Assembly: GCA_964491945.1 (NCBI GenBank)
Contig: CAZBHO010000008.1
Coordinates: 471-64,470, forward strand
Length of the DNA stretch: 64,000 bases
From: an uncultured Verrucomicrobiota bacterium
GTDB taxonomy: Bacteria > Verrucomicrobiota > Kiritimatiellia > JAAZAB01
Direction: 5' to 3'
The notes beneath the pieces are model-generated. The model worked only from the letters and a program-made list of their open reading frames with translations, was not told where the DNA came from and made no database searches. A program made the translations under genes and the position numbers. Positions within the stretch are counted from its first letter, which is position 1; the number at the start of each line of letters is the position of its first letter. This document shows positions 38,555 to 48,370 of the stretch, one piece after another.

Positions 38555-40396
38555 ATGCCATCTTCAATAGCTGATGTATTGTTTGCAAAAAATACCACTG
38601 TTCCTGAAAAAGAAAATACAAGAGGCAAAATAGACCGCTCAGAGGAAAAAAATTCCTTCTCAAGCTTTGTCTCTAAAGCAATTATTTCAAAAGAAGAAAA
38701 TGGGCATAAAACAGAATATGATAATTCTTCTGTGAATGCCCGAAAGCTAACTGAAAATGCATATCAAGCTAAACAGGAAGAAACATCTTCTGATAATAAC
38801 ATATCAGAAAAGAAAGGGCTTGCTCCCAAAAATGAGTCACCTAAAGAAGAGGTTAACGGGAAAGATTTTGCTCAAAATGAGGAAACAGCAAAAGAAAATA
38901 AGGCTATCGTTCAGGGAGATACGGGAGCAGTAGCCGAAATTGATTTATCACAAAAGCAGGTTCAGCTTTTACAGGAAGATGCTCTTAATGCAGAGATCAA
39001 TGCTTCTGCCGCTTTATTGGAAGAAATGCAAAATTCTGATCAGGTTGTAACTGATTCTCTAAAAAATCAGGATTTAATGGGCAATAGCACAAAATTGTTT
39101 GCTGAAAATCTTATGTTTAATAATAATGGCGTGGCGGAAGAAGCAAATTCCGGCAGCGCAACCGCCAGAACTCCCGCGCTAGTTAGAGGAGAGCCTTCAA
39201 TATCCTCTCTTGTGCCGGAAGCTAAAAACCCCACGCCAAAAATTGCAAATAATAAACTGGGTCAATCGCTTGTCTCGCCAGGTGAGATTAATGATGTTGA
39301 TGCTGATACTGAAAATACAGTGAGAGTAAATGAAACAGAAGTAGAAGATAATACAGCGGAAGTTCAAGTAAATATCATTAAGAAAGAGATAAAATCGGCG
39401 CAGGAAATGTCTGTTAAGCCATTTGCTCAAAAGAGCGTTGCGGAAAAAACGCAAGAAAACAAATTGAATACTATATCAGACAAAGTGATGGTGACAGAGC
39501 AAAAGGGCGAGGAAATATTTCGTAATGCATCAAGAGGGCAGTCTGAAGTAACTGATAATATGAAGAATGGGAGTGTAGAGACTGACAATACAGAGCAACT
39601 GGTTAACAGGAAAGTTATAGAATTTGACGTCAAGAATGCACAGAAAAATGCTGGCGGTTCTGTGAAAGAGCAACAGATAGCTGGTAAAGAAGGTGCTACG
39701 AGCCATGGGAACACCTCGCAAAAAGATGCTTCCTTGAATAAAGAAGCTCGTGAAGGATTGCCTGATAAAAGCGAGCCCAATGTGAAAGTTGGAGGCTCAA
39801 AAGAGAAGATTATGGATGAAATTTCAAGCAATCTTCTCAAACAAAATGATAATGTGATGCATAATTTAAAGGCAGGACATCAGGTTGTTGAGCGTATGGC
39901 TACTCATAGGGTTCCAACACAGACAGGTTTTAATGAAATAGTCAGCCAGACTGTATCAAAGGTGGAGCATTTTCAATCGGTAATAGAGAACATAGATAGA
40001 TATGTGCTTTCAATGGTTAAGGAACCTTCTGGCAAGACGATTACGGTGACGCTCATTCCTGAATATCTTGGCAAGGTTGTTTTAAGTTGCAAAGAAGAAG
40101 GGACAAGGGTTGTGGTAGAGATACAAGCAGAAAACAATATGGTGCGTGAAATGCTGCAAAAAGAAGAAGCCACAATCAAATCTATGCTTGAACAGAATGG
40201 ATTTAAGTTGAGCCAATTTGATGTTCATACAAAATCTGAACAACAGGCCAGAAATAATGAGAGGAATTTTGAAGGAAGAGAAGAATATGATGGAGCAACA
40301 CAACGGCGCAACGAGGCAAAATCCCACAACGCTCAACCGACGAAAACGGGTACTGCTGCAACAGGCAGAAGGAATGGCTTCTGGTGGGTTGCCTAG
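38555..40396 (+). CDS. fliK: Flagellar hook-length control protein FliK
   Basis: 613 aa with a long low-complexity N-terminal region and a conserved C-terminal Flg_hook domain (TITVTLIPEYLGKVVLSCKEEGTRVVVEIQAEN...LSQFDV). Confidence 0.75.
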   Translation: MPSSIADVLFAKNTTVPEKENTRGKIDRSEEKNSFSSFVSKAIISKEENGHKTEYDNSSVNARKLTENAYQAKQEETSSDNNISEKKGLAPKNESPKEEVNGKDFAQNEETAKENKAIVQGDTGAVAEIDLSQKQVQLLQEDALNAEINASAALLEEMQNSDQVVTDSLKNQDLMGNSTKLFAENLMFNNNGVAEEANSGSATARTPALVRGEPSISSLVPEAKNPTPKIANNKLGQSLVSPGEINDVDADTENTVRVNETEVEDNTAEVQVNIIKKEIKSAQEMSVKPFAQKSVAEKTQENKLNTISDKVMVTEQKGEEIFRNASRGQSEVTDNMKNGSVETDNTEQLVNRKVIEFDVKNAQKNAGGSVKEQQIAGKEGATSHGNTSQKDASLNKEAREGLPDKSEPNVKVGGSKEKIMDEISSNLLKQNDNVMHNLKAGHQVVERMATHRVPTQTGFNEIVSQTVSKVEHFQSVIENIDRYVLSMVKEPSGKTITVTLIPEYLGKVVLSCKEEGTRVVVEIQAENNMVREMLQKEEATIKSMLEQNGFKLSQFDVHTKSEQQARNNERNFEGREEYDGATQRRNEAKSHNAQPTKTGTAATGRRNGFWWVA

Positions 40397-40430
40397 ATGC
40401 GCCTTAATTTTAAAAATGGAGGAATGAATT

Positions 40431-40931
40431 ATGGCAGTTCCAGCAACAGGTGAAGTTGGACTTAACCCCGCCGATTATGGTGCAAAAGTTAGCGATTCTG
40501 CCAACCAGCTTGGTAAGGATGAATTTTTAAAGCTTCTTGTTACTGAGCTTAAGAATCAGGATCCATTAGATCCTGTAGACAACAAGGAAACTATATCGCA
40601 GCTGGCGCAATTTAGCGCACTTGAGCAGATGAATAATCTTAACACGCAATTTGAGGCATACAGGCAGGATAACAGTTTGATGTTATCATGCTTACTAACA
40701 GGACAGGAAGCCACTCTTGTGTTGAAAGATGGTAGCGAAATAACTGGTGCTGTTGAAAAAGTTATATGGAAGAATGGCACGATGTTTATACAGATTGGTG
40801 GTATGCTTTACGATACTAAAAATATAGAGAGCCTGACTCTTGGCATTCATAGCTCAGAAGAAGGCTCTGAAGCCTCAGGTGATGGTTCTTCTTCCGAAGA
40901 GAGTAGTGAAGATACGGGAGAAGCAGGATAA
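40431..40931 (+). CDS. flgD: Flagellar hook assembly/capping protein FlgD
   Basis: 'DEFLKLLVTELKNQDPLDPVDNKE' N-terminal FlgD motif and an acidic C-terminal tail. Confidence 0.85.
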   Translation: MAVPATGEVGLNPADYGAKVSDSANQLGKDEFLKLLVTELKNQDPLDPVDNKETISQLAQFSALEQMNNLNTQFEAYRQDNSLMLSCLLTGQEATLVLKDGSEITGAVEKVIWKNGTMFIQIGGMLYDTKNIESLTLGIHSSEEGSEASGDGSSSEESSEDTGEAG

Positions 40932-40970
40932 ACATGAGAAACAAAAACCTATTAAGGAAGGAAGACTACA

Positions 40971-41834
40971 ATGATTAGAAGTATGTGGAGCGGCGTAGCA
41001 GGATTGCGTACGCATCAGCAACGCATGGATGTGATAGGTAACGATATCGCCAACGTTAATACGGTTGGTTATAAGCAAAGTGATGCAACTTTCAAAGAGC
41101 AGCTTGTAAGCACCATAAGAACGCCAGCTGAGGGCACGCCGGGAATGCAGATAGGGATGGGCGTCCAAATTGGTAGCATAAGCCGCGATTTTAGTGATGG
41201 TGTGCTTACGGAAACTTCTCGTTCAACTAACGTTGCCATATCTGGAAATGGTTTCTTTGCGGTTGGCGATGTTGGTTCAACTGAAGCTCAGTATTACACA
41301 AGGGCAGGCGATTTTATATTTGATACAGATCCAACTGGCACACATACCTATTTGCTCAATGGTGCAGGTAAAAGGTTGTTTGGTTATGATTCAACCGCGA
41401 CCATTGATCCAACAACAGGTGAGTATTCAGGCACACTCATTCCACTCGATTTACAATCAGGTGCACCAGCAGGTGAAGCAATAGCATCTGTTTCTATAAG
41501 TTCAACAGGCGTTGTGACTGTGACATACGTTGGTACAACAACCACGGCAACTTTTTATGTCCCTGTGGTAACATTTAATAATAGCACAGGTCTTAAAGCA
41601 GAAGGTGGCAACCTTTATACCAACGCAACACTTGGTGCAGGCCCAGCTAGCTTTCGTCAGGCTGGTTTCACTGGTGTTGGATCAATTTATCAGGGATATC
41701 TTGAAAACTCCAATGTGGACCTTGCAAAGGAATTTACGGAAATGATAGTGACGCAACGTGGATTCCAGGCTAACTCACGTTCAATTACCACTGGCGATGA
41801 AATGTTGCAGGAGTTGCTATCTCTGAAGAGATAA
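40971..41834 (+). CDS. flgE: Flagellar hook protein (FlgE/FlgG family; unusually short at 287 aa)
   Basis: N-terminal 'MWSGVAGLRTHQQRMDVIGNDIANVNTVGYK' and C-terminal 'LENSNVDLAKEFTEMIVTQRGFQANSRSITT'. It follows flgD. Confidence 0.7.
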   Translation: MIRSMWSGVAGLRTHQQRMDVIGNDIANVNTVGYKQSDATFKEQLVSTIRTPAEGTPGMQIGMGVQIGSISRDFSDGVLTETSRSTNVAISGNGFFAVGDVGSTEAQYYTRAGDFIFDTDPTGTHTYLLNGAGKRLFGYDSTATIDPTTGEYSGTLIPLDLQSGAPAGEAIASVSISSTGVVTVTYVGTTTTATFYVPVVTFNNSTGLKAEGGNLYTNATLGAGPASFRQAGFTGVGSIYQGYLENSNVDLAKEFTEMIVTQRGFQANSRSITTGDEMLQELLSLKR

Positions 41835-41896
41835 TGAATGAATAAACTAGAATAACATAACAGATTGGTTCCACTCCTTCTTTAAAAAGCTTTCTT

Positions 41897-41931
41897 CCCG
41901 ATGCGGGCTTTGAGCCCGCATCGTTTTTTTT
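41897..41931 (+). terminator. Rho-independent terminator after flgE
   Basis: A perfect 10-bp stem GATGCGGGCT-ttg-AGCCCGCATC is followed by TTTTTTTT. Confidence 0.8.
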
Positions 41932-42010
41932 ATTGACTTCAAACTTTAAAATGGCTAATGCTGTTAAAAATTTATTCTGGTTCATCATATTGAAAGCATA
42001 GAAATTTGTT

Positions 42011-42223
42011 ATGATAGCACTTACTGATTTGCACGGCAGGCTTTTCTTTATTAACGCGGATATGATAGAAAAAGTGGAATCAACTCCTGATACGCAAATT
42101 GTTCTTTCCAATTCGCATGTGTATTACGTAAAAGAAAAACCGGAAGAAGTTATTAAGCGCGTAATAGAATTTCGCAGGCAATGCACTATCGAAAAGGAAA
42201 AAACAGATAACAAAACATTATAA
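42011..42223 (+). CDS. flbD: Flagellar protein FlbD
   Basis: 70 aa. 'LTDLHGRLFFINADMIEKVESTPDTQIVLSNSHVYYVKE' matches the FlbD family, and the gene lies upstream of motA as in Bacillus and spirochetes. Confidence 0.7.
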   Translation: MIALTDLHGRLFFINADMIEKVESTPDTQIVLSNSHVYYVKEKPEEVIKRVIEFRRQCTIEKEKTDNKTL

Positions 42224-42247
42224 GGATGTTTCATAACAGGAGGTTAA

Positions 42248-43009
42248 ATGGATCTAGGCACGATTCTTGGAATAGTGATAGGCTGTATATGTATTATTGT
42301 TGCAATAGTGATGGGGGGTGGCTCGGGTTTTGTAAATTATCCATCTTTCCTTATTACTTTTGGCGGCACAATTGCGGCCACTTTGGTGCATTATCCTTTG
42401 CCTAAAATAATGGCAACTTTTGGAGTTGTTCGGAAAGCTTTTACAAACAATGAAAATGATTATAAGCTTCTGTTTCAACAATTGACAGCATTCGCCATAA
42501 AGGCAAGACGTGAAGGGATGCTTGCACTTGAGCAGGATATAGAAACGATGAAAGATCCTTTTATGAAAAAAGGCTTTCAGCTGGCTGTTGATGGAACACC
42601 TGTGGAAACCATACGTAGTGTGCTGGAAGAAGATATCCGCTCAATGCGTGATAGGCATAGTGTTGGGCAGAGCATATTTAGAGCAATAGCTGTTTATGCT
42701 CCCGCTTTCGGGATGATAGGCACTCTTATAGGTCTAATCCAGATGTTGCGTCAGCTGGAAAATCCTGCATCAATTGGCAAAGGAATGGCTGTGGCCCTTA
42801 TCACGACTTTGTATGGAGCGTTGATTGCGTATTTATTTGCACTTCCAATTGCAGGTAAACTTGAGCAACGCTCACAGGAGGAGTTGGCTTTGCGCCTTAT
42901 GACTATGGAAGGGATAATAGCCATTCAACAGGGAAGTACCCTTAAAGTTGTACAGGAAAAATTAACTTCATATATGCCGCCACAATTACGGCAGGAAGTA
43001 GTTTCGTAA
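42248..43009 (+). CDS. motA: Flagellar stator protein MotA
   Basis: 253 aa, MotA/TolQ/ExbB-like: four TM helices and the C-terminal TM3-4 'AFGMIGTLIGLIQML...GMAVALITTLYGAL'. Confidence 0.8.
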   Translation: MDLGTILGIVIGCICIIVAIVMGGGSGFVNYPSFLITFGGTIAATLVHYPLPKIMATFGVVRKAFTNNENDYKLLFQQLTAFAIKARREGMLALEQDIETMKDPFMKKGFQLAVDGTPVETIRSVLEEDIRSMRDRHSVGQSIFRAIAVYAPAFGMIGTLIGLIQMLRQLENPASIGKGMAVALITTLYGALIAYLFALPIAGKLEQRSQEELALRLMTMEGIIAIQQGSTLKVVQEKLTSYMPPQLRQEVVS

Positions 43010-43011
43010 AA

Positions 43012-43758
43012 ATGCAGTTTAATTTTTCAACTTCAGAAAAAATGAATAACGTTGATAGAGACTTTTCACCTTCATGGATGGTGACTTATAGCGATGCATT
43101 GTCTCTATTAGTGACGTTTTTTGTAATGCTTATGGCTTTTTCTGATGTGTCAAACTCTAGATTCTCAAACGCTATGAATTCTGCGCGTGAACAGCTTGGA
43201 GGAACTCAAAAGCAAAAAGAGTTTTTAACTAATTTTAAAAGTAGTATTCCTGCTCTTGACCCGCTGATAGAAAAAATTTTGATAAGTTATGCGGCAGCAC
43301 CGAAAAAATTACCAAAAGATATGCCTTTTTATTTTGTTCATCGTAGCGAAGGGTTGGCTGTGGTGCTTAATGGAAAAGACTTGTTTAAAGAAGGCACAGC
43401 AGTTGCATATGATAGCTATTATGACGAGATTTATGCCTCATTGCGGTCATTAAGCAGCATTGTTTCAAACGAAATAAAAATTGTAAGTATCTTGCCAGAG
43501 AGTGCAACAGTAAGATCGGAAAACACTAAAACGCCATGGGGACTTGCGGCAGAGAGGGCTGCTTTAGTGCTTGCAAAAATTTTAGATGGCAATGACAAGA
43601 TCGTGGAAAAAATGGCCACAGGCATCATTATAAATTCGGAAGAAAAGAATAAAGAGATATCCTCAAATGGTTTTCCTGAAGAGCAGATACAGGTGGTGTT
43701 TTGTGGATTAAACGATATAGAACAAATGCTACCAAGAGAGATTGTCAATCAAGATTAA
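43012..43758 (+). CDS. motB: MotB-like stator protein (degenerate OmpA-like C-terminus)
   Basis: 248 aa. The N-terminal 'WMVTYSDALSLLVTFFVMLMAF' matches the MotB TM/plug region, and 'ERAALVLAKILDG' is a weak OmpA-like motif. Confidence 0.65.
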   Translation: MQFNFSTSEKMNNVDRDFSPSWMVTYSDALSLLVTFFVMLMAFSDVSNSRFSNAMNSAREQLGGTQKQKEFLTNFKSSIPALDPLIEKILISYAAAPKKLPKDMPFYFVHRSEGLAVVLNGKDLFKEGTAVAYDSYYDEIYASLRSLSSIVSNEIKIVSILPESATVRSENTKTPWGLAAERAALVLAKILDGNDKIVEKMATGIIINSEEKNKEISSNGFPEEQIQVVFCGLNDIEQMLPREIVNQD

Positions 43759-44494
43759 GTATGAATGTTATATGAAATATTATGAGGCAAAAAAAATAGG
43801 TAAGAGCCAAAAATCTTTAATCACTGGTTTCAGCGATTATTCCGCTTTTAGTAATGTGCCACCTTTCATTTTGCAGATGGTGTCATTATGGAGCATCATA
43901 TTGACGTTTATGGTATTGATCGTTTCTCTATGCTCATTTGATAAACAGATGTTTGTTGATTATTCTGACAAAATTCGCAAGGAGTTTGGCATAGAAGTTT
44001 CTAAAAAATCCGACAATATAGGGGTGGATGATAATGATGAAACATCGTTATTACAGAATGTGCTGCTTGCTGCAGGTTTTTCTGCGAGTTCAAATTTAAT
44101 TGCTGTTGTGACCAATGATTTTAATGTTGAATTTTTTATACGCACTCCTGTGAGTTTTTCGGGCACTGATACCGGGCTTACTGCTAAAGATAGGGAATAT
44201 CTGGATAAATTTGGCAGTGTTTTTTTTAACTTGCCGGGTTGGAACGTTGGAGTATATTCCATAGGAAACGAGTGGGTTGAACATGATAAACAGATGATGC
44301 TTAATTTTGAAAGAGGTTCTGCTGTGGCACGATACTTGCATGCTGTCTGTGGTTTATCTCTGGAAAGATTGGTAGTCTGGAGTTCTTCTTATGAGCATTT
44401 TGCTATGATTTTTCCAGATATAAATGGTAAACGACAAAAAAAATTAGTTTTTTTAAGCTTGATAAAAATGAAAAAGAAGGCAAAAAATGCCTGA
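43742..44494 (+). CDS. Second MotB/OmpA-like protein (hypothetical; start uncertain)
   Basis: 250 aa with one TM (VSLWSIILTFMVLIV) and an OmpA-like C-terminus 'FERGSAVARYLHAVCGLSLERLVV'. Overlaps the motB end. Confidence 0.45.
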   Translation: MSIKIKYECYMKYYEAKKIGKSQKSLITGFSDYSAFSNVPPFILQMVSLWSIILTFMVLIVSLCSFDKQMFVDYSDKIRKEFGIEVSKKSDNIGVDDNDETSLLQNVLLAAGFSASSNLIAVVTNDFNVEFFIRTPVSFSGTDTGLTAKDREYLDKFGSVFFNLPGWNVGVYSIGNEWVEHDKQMMLNFERGSAVARYLHAVCGLSLERLVVWSSSYEHFAMIFPDINGKRQKKLVFLSLIKMKKKAKNA

Positions 44495-44542
44495 TGGTGT
44501 AGGTTATTGTTTGTAAAAAAATAAGCATATAGGAGAAAAGCT

Positions 44543-45172
44543 ATGGCAAAAGAACCTGAAGCTGGAGCAGCAGAAGCAGCAGGTGGAGCTCCTGCTGGAG
44601 AAGAAGGCGCCAGTCAACCGCAAGCTGGCCAAAAATCAAATATGTTGCTTTTAATAATCATTGGTGTTGCATTGATATTGGTTAGCGCAGTGGTAACATT
44701 TATTACTGTTAAATTGCTTGTGCCAAAGCCACTGGAAATAGCGGAGGCAACAGTGAAAGAAGAAAGCAAAGCTAAAGACGCTCATGGTGGTGGGGGAGGT
44801 GGGCATGGAGGAGGCGGTCATGGTGGTGGCGGTGGCGAACATGGAAAAGGTGGAGGTAGTGGCTCGTTGCTTTTCAGTCTTGGAGATATTTATGTGAACG
44901 TGGCTGAAACCAGAGCCACAAGAGCTCTAAAGGTTTCGCCTGTTTTGGTTGTAAGTGAGCCGACATTGGTTGAGCAATTAAAAGAATATCAGGCATTATT
45001 GCGTGATAGGATTATGGAGGCTGCTAGAAAAATGACGCTTGATGAATTAGATGGTCCTAATGGGCGGGATAATTTGAAGAAGGAGATTATTTCGCTTATA
45101 AATATGGCTATTAAAGATAAATTTAGTGGGATGGTTGTAGACGTATATTTTAATGATTTTCTGATACAATAA
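44543..45172 (+). CDS. fliL: Flagellar basal-body-associated protein FliL with a Gly/His-rich insertion
   Basis: 209 aa. An N-terminal TM, then 'HGGGGGGHGGGGHGGGGGEHGKGGGSGS', then the FliL core (LFSLGDIYVNVAE...VDVYFNDFLIQ). Confidence 0.75.
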   Translation: MAKEPEAGAAEAAGGAPAGEEGASQPQAGQKSNMLLLIIIGVALILVSAVVTFITVKLLVPKPLEIAEATVKEESKAKDAHGGGGGGHGGGGHGGGGGEHGKGGGSGSLLFSLGDIYVNVAETRATRALKVSPVLVVSEPTLVEQLKEYQALLRDRIMEAARKMTLDELDGPNGRDNLKKEIISLINMAIKDKFSGMVVDVYFNDFLIQ

Positions 45173-45186
45173 ATAATTAGACAGCT

Positions 45187-46188
45187 ATGGATAAAACTCT
45201 TTCACAAGATGAAGTTGATGCGCTGTTGCAGGCTGTAAAAAGCGGGCAGATGGTGCCTGAAGAAGAAGCCACGAAGAAAACGGCAGAAGAAGTTAAGGTT
45301 GTAACATACAATTTTAGGAAACCGCGTCTTGTCTCTGCTGATCAACTGCGTGGTTTTCATATGATACACGATAGTTTTGCCAAAACTTTGCAGAGCAGCC
45401 TTTTTACTAATCTGAAAACACAAGTTGAGGTTAAGCCCGTAGCCATAGATAATTTAACCTATGGTGAGTTTGTGTTATCTTTAATGAATCCAACTTTCAT
45501 TGCCATACTTAACACTACACCACCAACGGGAGAGCTTATTCTTGAAATCAACCTGCCAATTATGCTTATAATGATAGATATTATGTTAGGGGGGACGGGT
45601 TCACAAACGCAGGAAGCCAGAGAAATGACTTTTATTGAACAATCCATAGCGACAGGTTTGGTTGATTATATCCTTGCTGAATTAAAGAATGCATGGCTTT
45701 CCACGGTGGAGATGAATTTTAAAGTAGCCAGCATTGAATCCAATCCAGAATATGTGCAGGCAACAACACAGGATGCATCTGTGCTTAATGCCACGTTTGA
45801 TTTACGCATAGGCGAGGCCACAGGCACAATGAATGTGTGCTATCCTTATGAGATGATTCAACCGTTGTTTACAAAAATTTCAACTCGTATGAGTGGCAAA
45901 CGTGCTCAAACACAGCGTACACAGCAAGATAGAGAACTAATGTTAAAAGCACTTGGCAAGGTGATGCTGGATATTAGAGCACAACTTGGCATAAGCAGGA
46001 TTCTCACAAGCCAGCTGGGTAAGCTAAAACCAGGCGATGTCTTCCTTATTAACAAACGTATTGATGAACCTGTTGAAGTGTTTATAGGCAATCAGTATTG
46101 TTATCAGGCTCAACTTGGGGTGCGGCGTGGCAAGCTTGCTGTTAAGCTAATTCGTAATAGTTATGAAACTAACGGAGAAGTAAAATGA
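45187..46188 (+). CDS. fliM: Flagellar motor switch protein FliM
   Basis: 333 aa with the N-terminal CheY-P-binding region, 'YNFRKPRLVSADQLR' and a C-terminal FliN-like domain. Confidence 0.85.
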   Translation: MDKTLSQDEVDALLQAVKSGQMVPEEEATKKTAEEVKVVTYNFRKPRLVSADQLRGFHMIHDSFAKTLQSSLFTNLKTQVEVKPVAIDNLTYGEFVLSLMNPTFIAILNTTPPTGELILEINLPIMLIMIDIMLGGTGSQTQEAREMTFIEQSIATGLVDYILAELKNAWLSTVEMNFKVASIESNPEYVQATTQDASVLNATFDLRIGEATGTMNVCYPYEMIQPLFTKISTRMSGKRAQTQRTQQDRELMLKALGKVMLDIRAQLGISRILTSQLGKLKPGDVFLINKRIDEPVEVFIGNQYCYQAQLGVRRGKLAVKLIRNSYETNGEVK

Positions 46189-46221
46189 TTTTTGAACATG
46201 TAGGAATACAAGAGGTGTATT

Positions 46222-46695
46222 ATGGCAGATACCAGCGACAACGCTAAAACAACCAATGAGGAAATAACTCCAGAAGAAAAGGCTATGTTGGAACAGCTTG
46301 GAGCGGCTGCTTCACAGGAGGCTGGTGCAAAATCATCGGGAGATGCTCAATCAACTGTGGAAGTAAATCCTGTGGACCTGCCTCCGCTTGATGCAGGAAG
46401 TGCTCCACAACAACCTCAAACAGATGCCGAAAAAGAATTAAACCTTAAAATGTTGTTAGATATTCCTGTTGATATTCATGTTGAAATAGGGAATACACGC
46501 GCTTCAATAAGAGATATATTACGACTTGGGGTTGGCTCTGTAATTGAGCTGGATAGGATGGCGGGGCAATCAGCCGATATCATAGTGAATGGCAAAATTA
46601 TAGGACAGGGCGATATTGTGGTTGTTAATGAAACGTTTGGTGTCCGTATTACAAAGCTGGTAGGTTTGGAAGAAAGATTACAATCAATGAGATAA
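46222..46695 (+). CDS. fliN: Flagellar motor switch protein FliN/FliY
   Basis: 157 aa. C-terminal SpoA domain 'LLDIPVDIHVEIGNTRASIRDILRLGVGSVIELD...IIVNGKIIGQGDIVVVNETFGVRI'. Confidence 0.85.
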   Translation: MADTSDNAKTTNEEITPEEKAMLEQLGAAASQEAGAKSSGDAQSTVEVNPVDLPPLDAGSAPQQPQTDAEKELNLKMLLDIPVDIHVEIGNTRASIRDILRLGVGSVIELDRMAGQSADIIVNGKIIGQGDIVVVNETFGVRITKLVGLEERLQSMR

Positions 46696-46705
46696 TTTTG
46701 GCGCT

Positions 46706-47710
46706 TTATTTCTTCGTCAACGGCTCAGATGGTGCATAAAATATAATCTGTGAGCCAAAGTTCTCAAACTCAAATGGAACGTATAAAAAATCCTTTAATT
46801 TCATTAAAAGCGAATCTCTTTTCTCTGGTGGAACAAAGAAAAGCATAAAGCCACCCCCCCCTGCTCCAAGCAGCTTTCCACCTATTGCTCCAGCGGATAG
46901 CGCCGCTTCATATATTTGATCCACCAGGTCAGTGCTTATGTGCGAGCTTAATGATCTTTTTAACAACCAACCTTCATGAAGTAATTTACCGAACTCTACT
47001 AAGCTGGTATTGCTAGCAAGAATTTTGATAGCTTCCTGAACCATTTCTTTCATTGTGGACAATTCTTTTGCTCTGTTTGGTGTGTTCTTAATCTGCTCTG
47101 CTGCTATTTCGGACGCGTGTCTGGATAATCCTGTAAACATGAGAACCAAATGGTTATGGAAATCTTCTAATCTGGCTGGTGGCAGAATAATTGGTTCTAT
47201 TATAAACCGATCGCCCGGTAGAAACATTAATCTATTGAACCCACCTATCGCAGCTGTGATTTGATCTTGCACGCCAACGTTTTCTTTTAGGATATCTCGC
47301 TCTATATGTATGGCTTCTCGCGCAAGAGAGATTTTATCTGTCATATTATATTTTAGAGCATTTAAGGCATTAAGCAAACCGACGGTAAATGATGAACTGC
47401 TGCCAAGTCCAGATCTTGCAGGAAGGTCTCCATCATGGTGTATTTCCACACCATCCTGTATGTTTTTATATTTCAAACAGGCTCTTACAGAGGGATGTTT
47501 GATTTCATCTATTGTTTTAACTTCTTCCACCTTTGAATAAGCCACACGGTATTTATGCTCAAAAAAAGGAGGCAAATATCTGCATATCAGGTAACAGTAT
47601 TTATTTATACTTGTGGCAAGCACCTCACCGCCATGCTCATTATACCAGATAGGATAATCAGTTCCACCACCAAAGAAAGAGATACGATATGGCGTTCTTG
47701 TTATAATCAT
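46706..47710 (-). CDS. GHMP-family sugar kinase (HddA/heptose-7-phosphate kinase-like)
   Basis: 334 aa with the GHMP motif 'PARSGLGSSSSFTVGLLNAL'. Converges on fliN with a 10-bp gap. Confidence 0.6.
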   Translation of the reverse strand: MIITRTPYRISFFGGGTDYPIWYNEHGGEVLATSINKYCYLICRYLPPFFEHKYRVAYSKVEEVKTIDEIKHPSVRACLKYKNIQDGVEIHHDGDLPARSGLGSSSSFTVGLLNALNALKYNMTDKISLAREAIHIERDILKENVGVQDQITAAIGGFNRLMFLPGDRFIIEPIILPPARLEDFHNHLVLMFTGLSRHASEIAAEQIKNTPNRAKELSTMKEMVQEAIKILASNTSLVEFGKLLHEGWLLKRSLSSHISTDLVDQIYEAALSAGAIGGKLLGAGGGGFMLFFVPPEKRDSLLMKLKDFLYVPFEFENFGSQIIFYAPSEPLTKK

Positions 47711-47716
47711 AAGGAC

Positions 47717-48355
47717 TTATGATTTCTTTTTTTCTTTTTCGTTTATACCATCTAACTCTTTCCGGGTGGTTAATACGGCGTCAACCAGTCCGTAATCTTT
47801 TGCTTCTTCTGGTGACATATAGTAATCTCTATCTGTATCTTTTGCCACTGTTTCAACAGGTTTGCCTGTGTGTTTTGATAGTATGCCATTTAAGATGTCC
47901 CTTATTCTAAGGATTTCTTTTGCCTGGATACTTATATCAGAGGCAGCACCTTGCACGCCACCCCAGGGCTGATGCATCATTATTCTGGAATGAGGCAGAG
48001 CATATCTTTTGCCTTTCGTTCCAGCAGCAAGCAGAACTGCTCCCATACTGGCAGCTTGTCCAACGCAATAGGTTGCAACATCGCATTTTACAAACTGCAT
48101 GGTGTCATATATAGCCATTCCGGCCGTTACAGAGCCGCCCGGTGAATTTATATAAAAATGAATTTCTTTTGCAGAATCTTCTGCCTGCAGAAAGAGCAGT
48201 TGTGCCACTATAAGGCTGCTAACTTCATCTGTGATAGCTGTGCCTAAAAAAATAATTCTTTCTTTCAATAAACGTGAATAAATATCGTAGGCTCTTTCGC
48301 CCCTGCCTGTTTGCTCTACCACTATCGGTACTAACATCTGACTATGTGTTTGCAT
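47717..48355 (-). CDS. clpP: ATP-dependent Clp protease proteolytic subunit
   Basis: 212 aa with the active-site Ser in '[14 protein letters not shown]' and His in 'RIMMHQP'. Confidence 0.9.
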   Translation of the reverse strand: MQTHSQMLVPIVVEQTGRGERAYDIYSRLLKERIIFLGTAITDEVSSLIVAQLLFLQAEDSAKEIHFYINSPGGSVTAGMAIYDTMQFVKCDVATYCVGQAASMGAVLLAAGTKGKRYALPHSRIMMHQPWGGVQGAASDISIQAKEILRIRDILNGILSKHTGKPVETVAKDTDRDYYMSPEEAKDYGLVDAVLTTRKELDGINEKEKKKS

Positions 48356-48370
48356 AAAGTTTCCTTTCTG

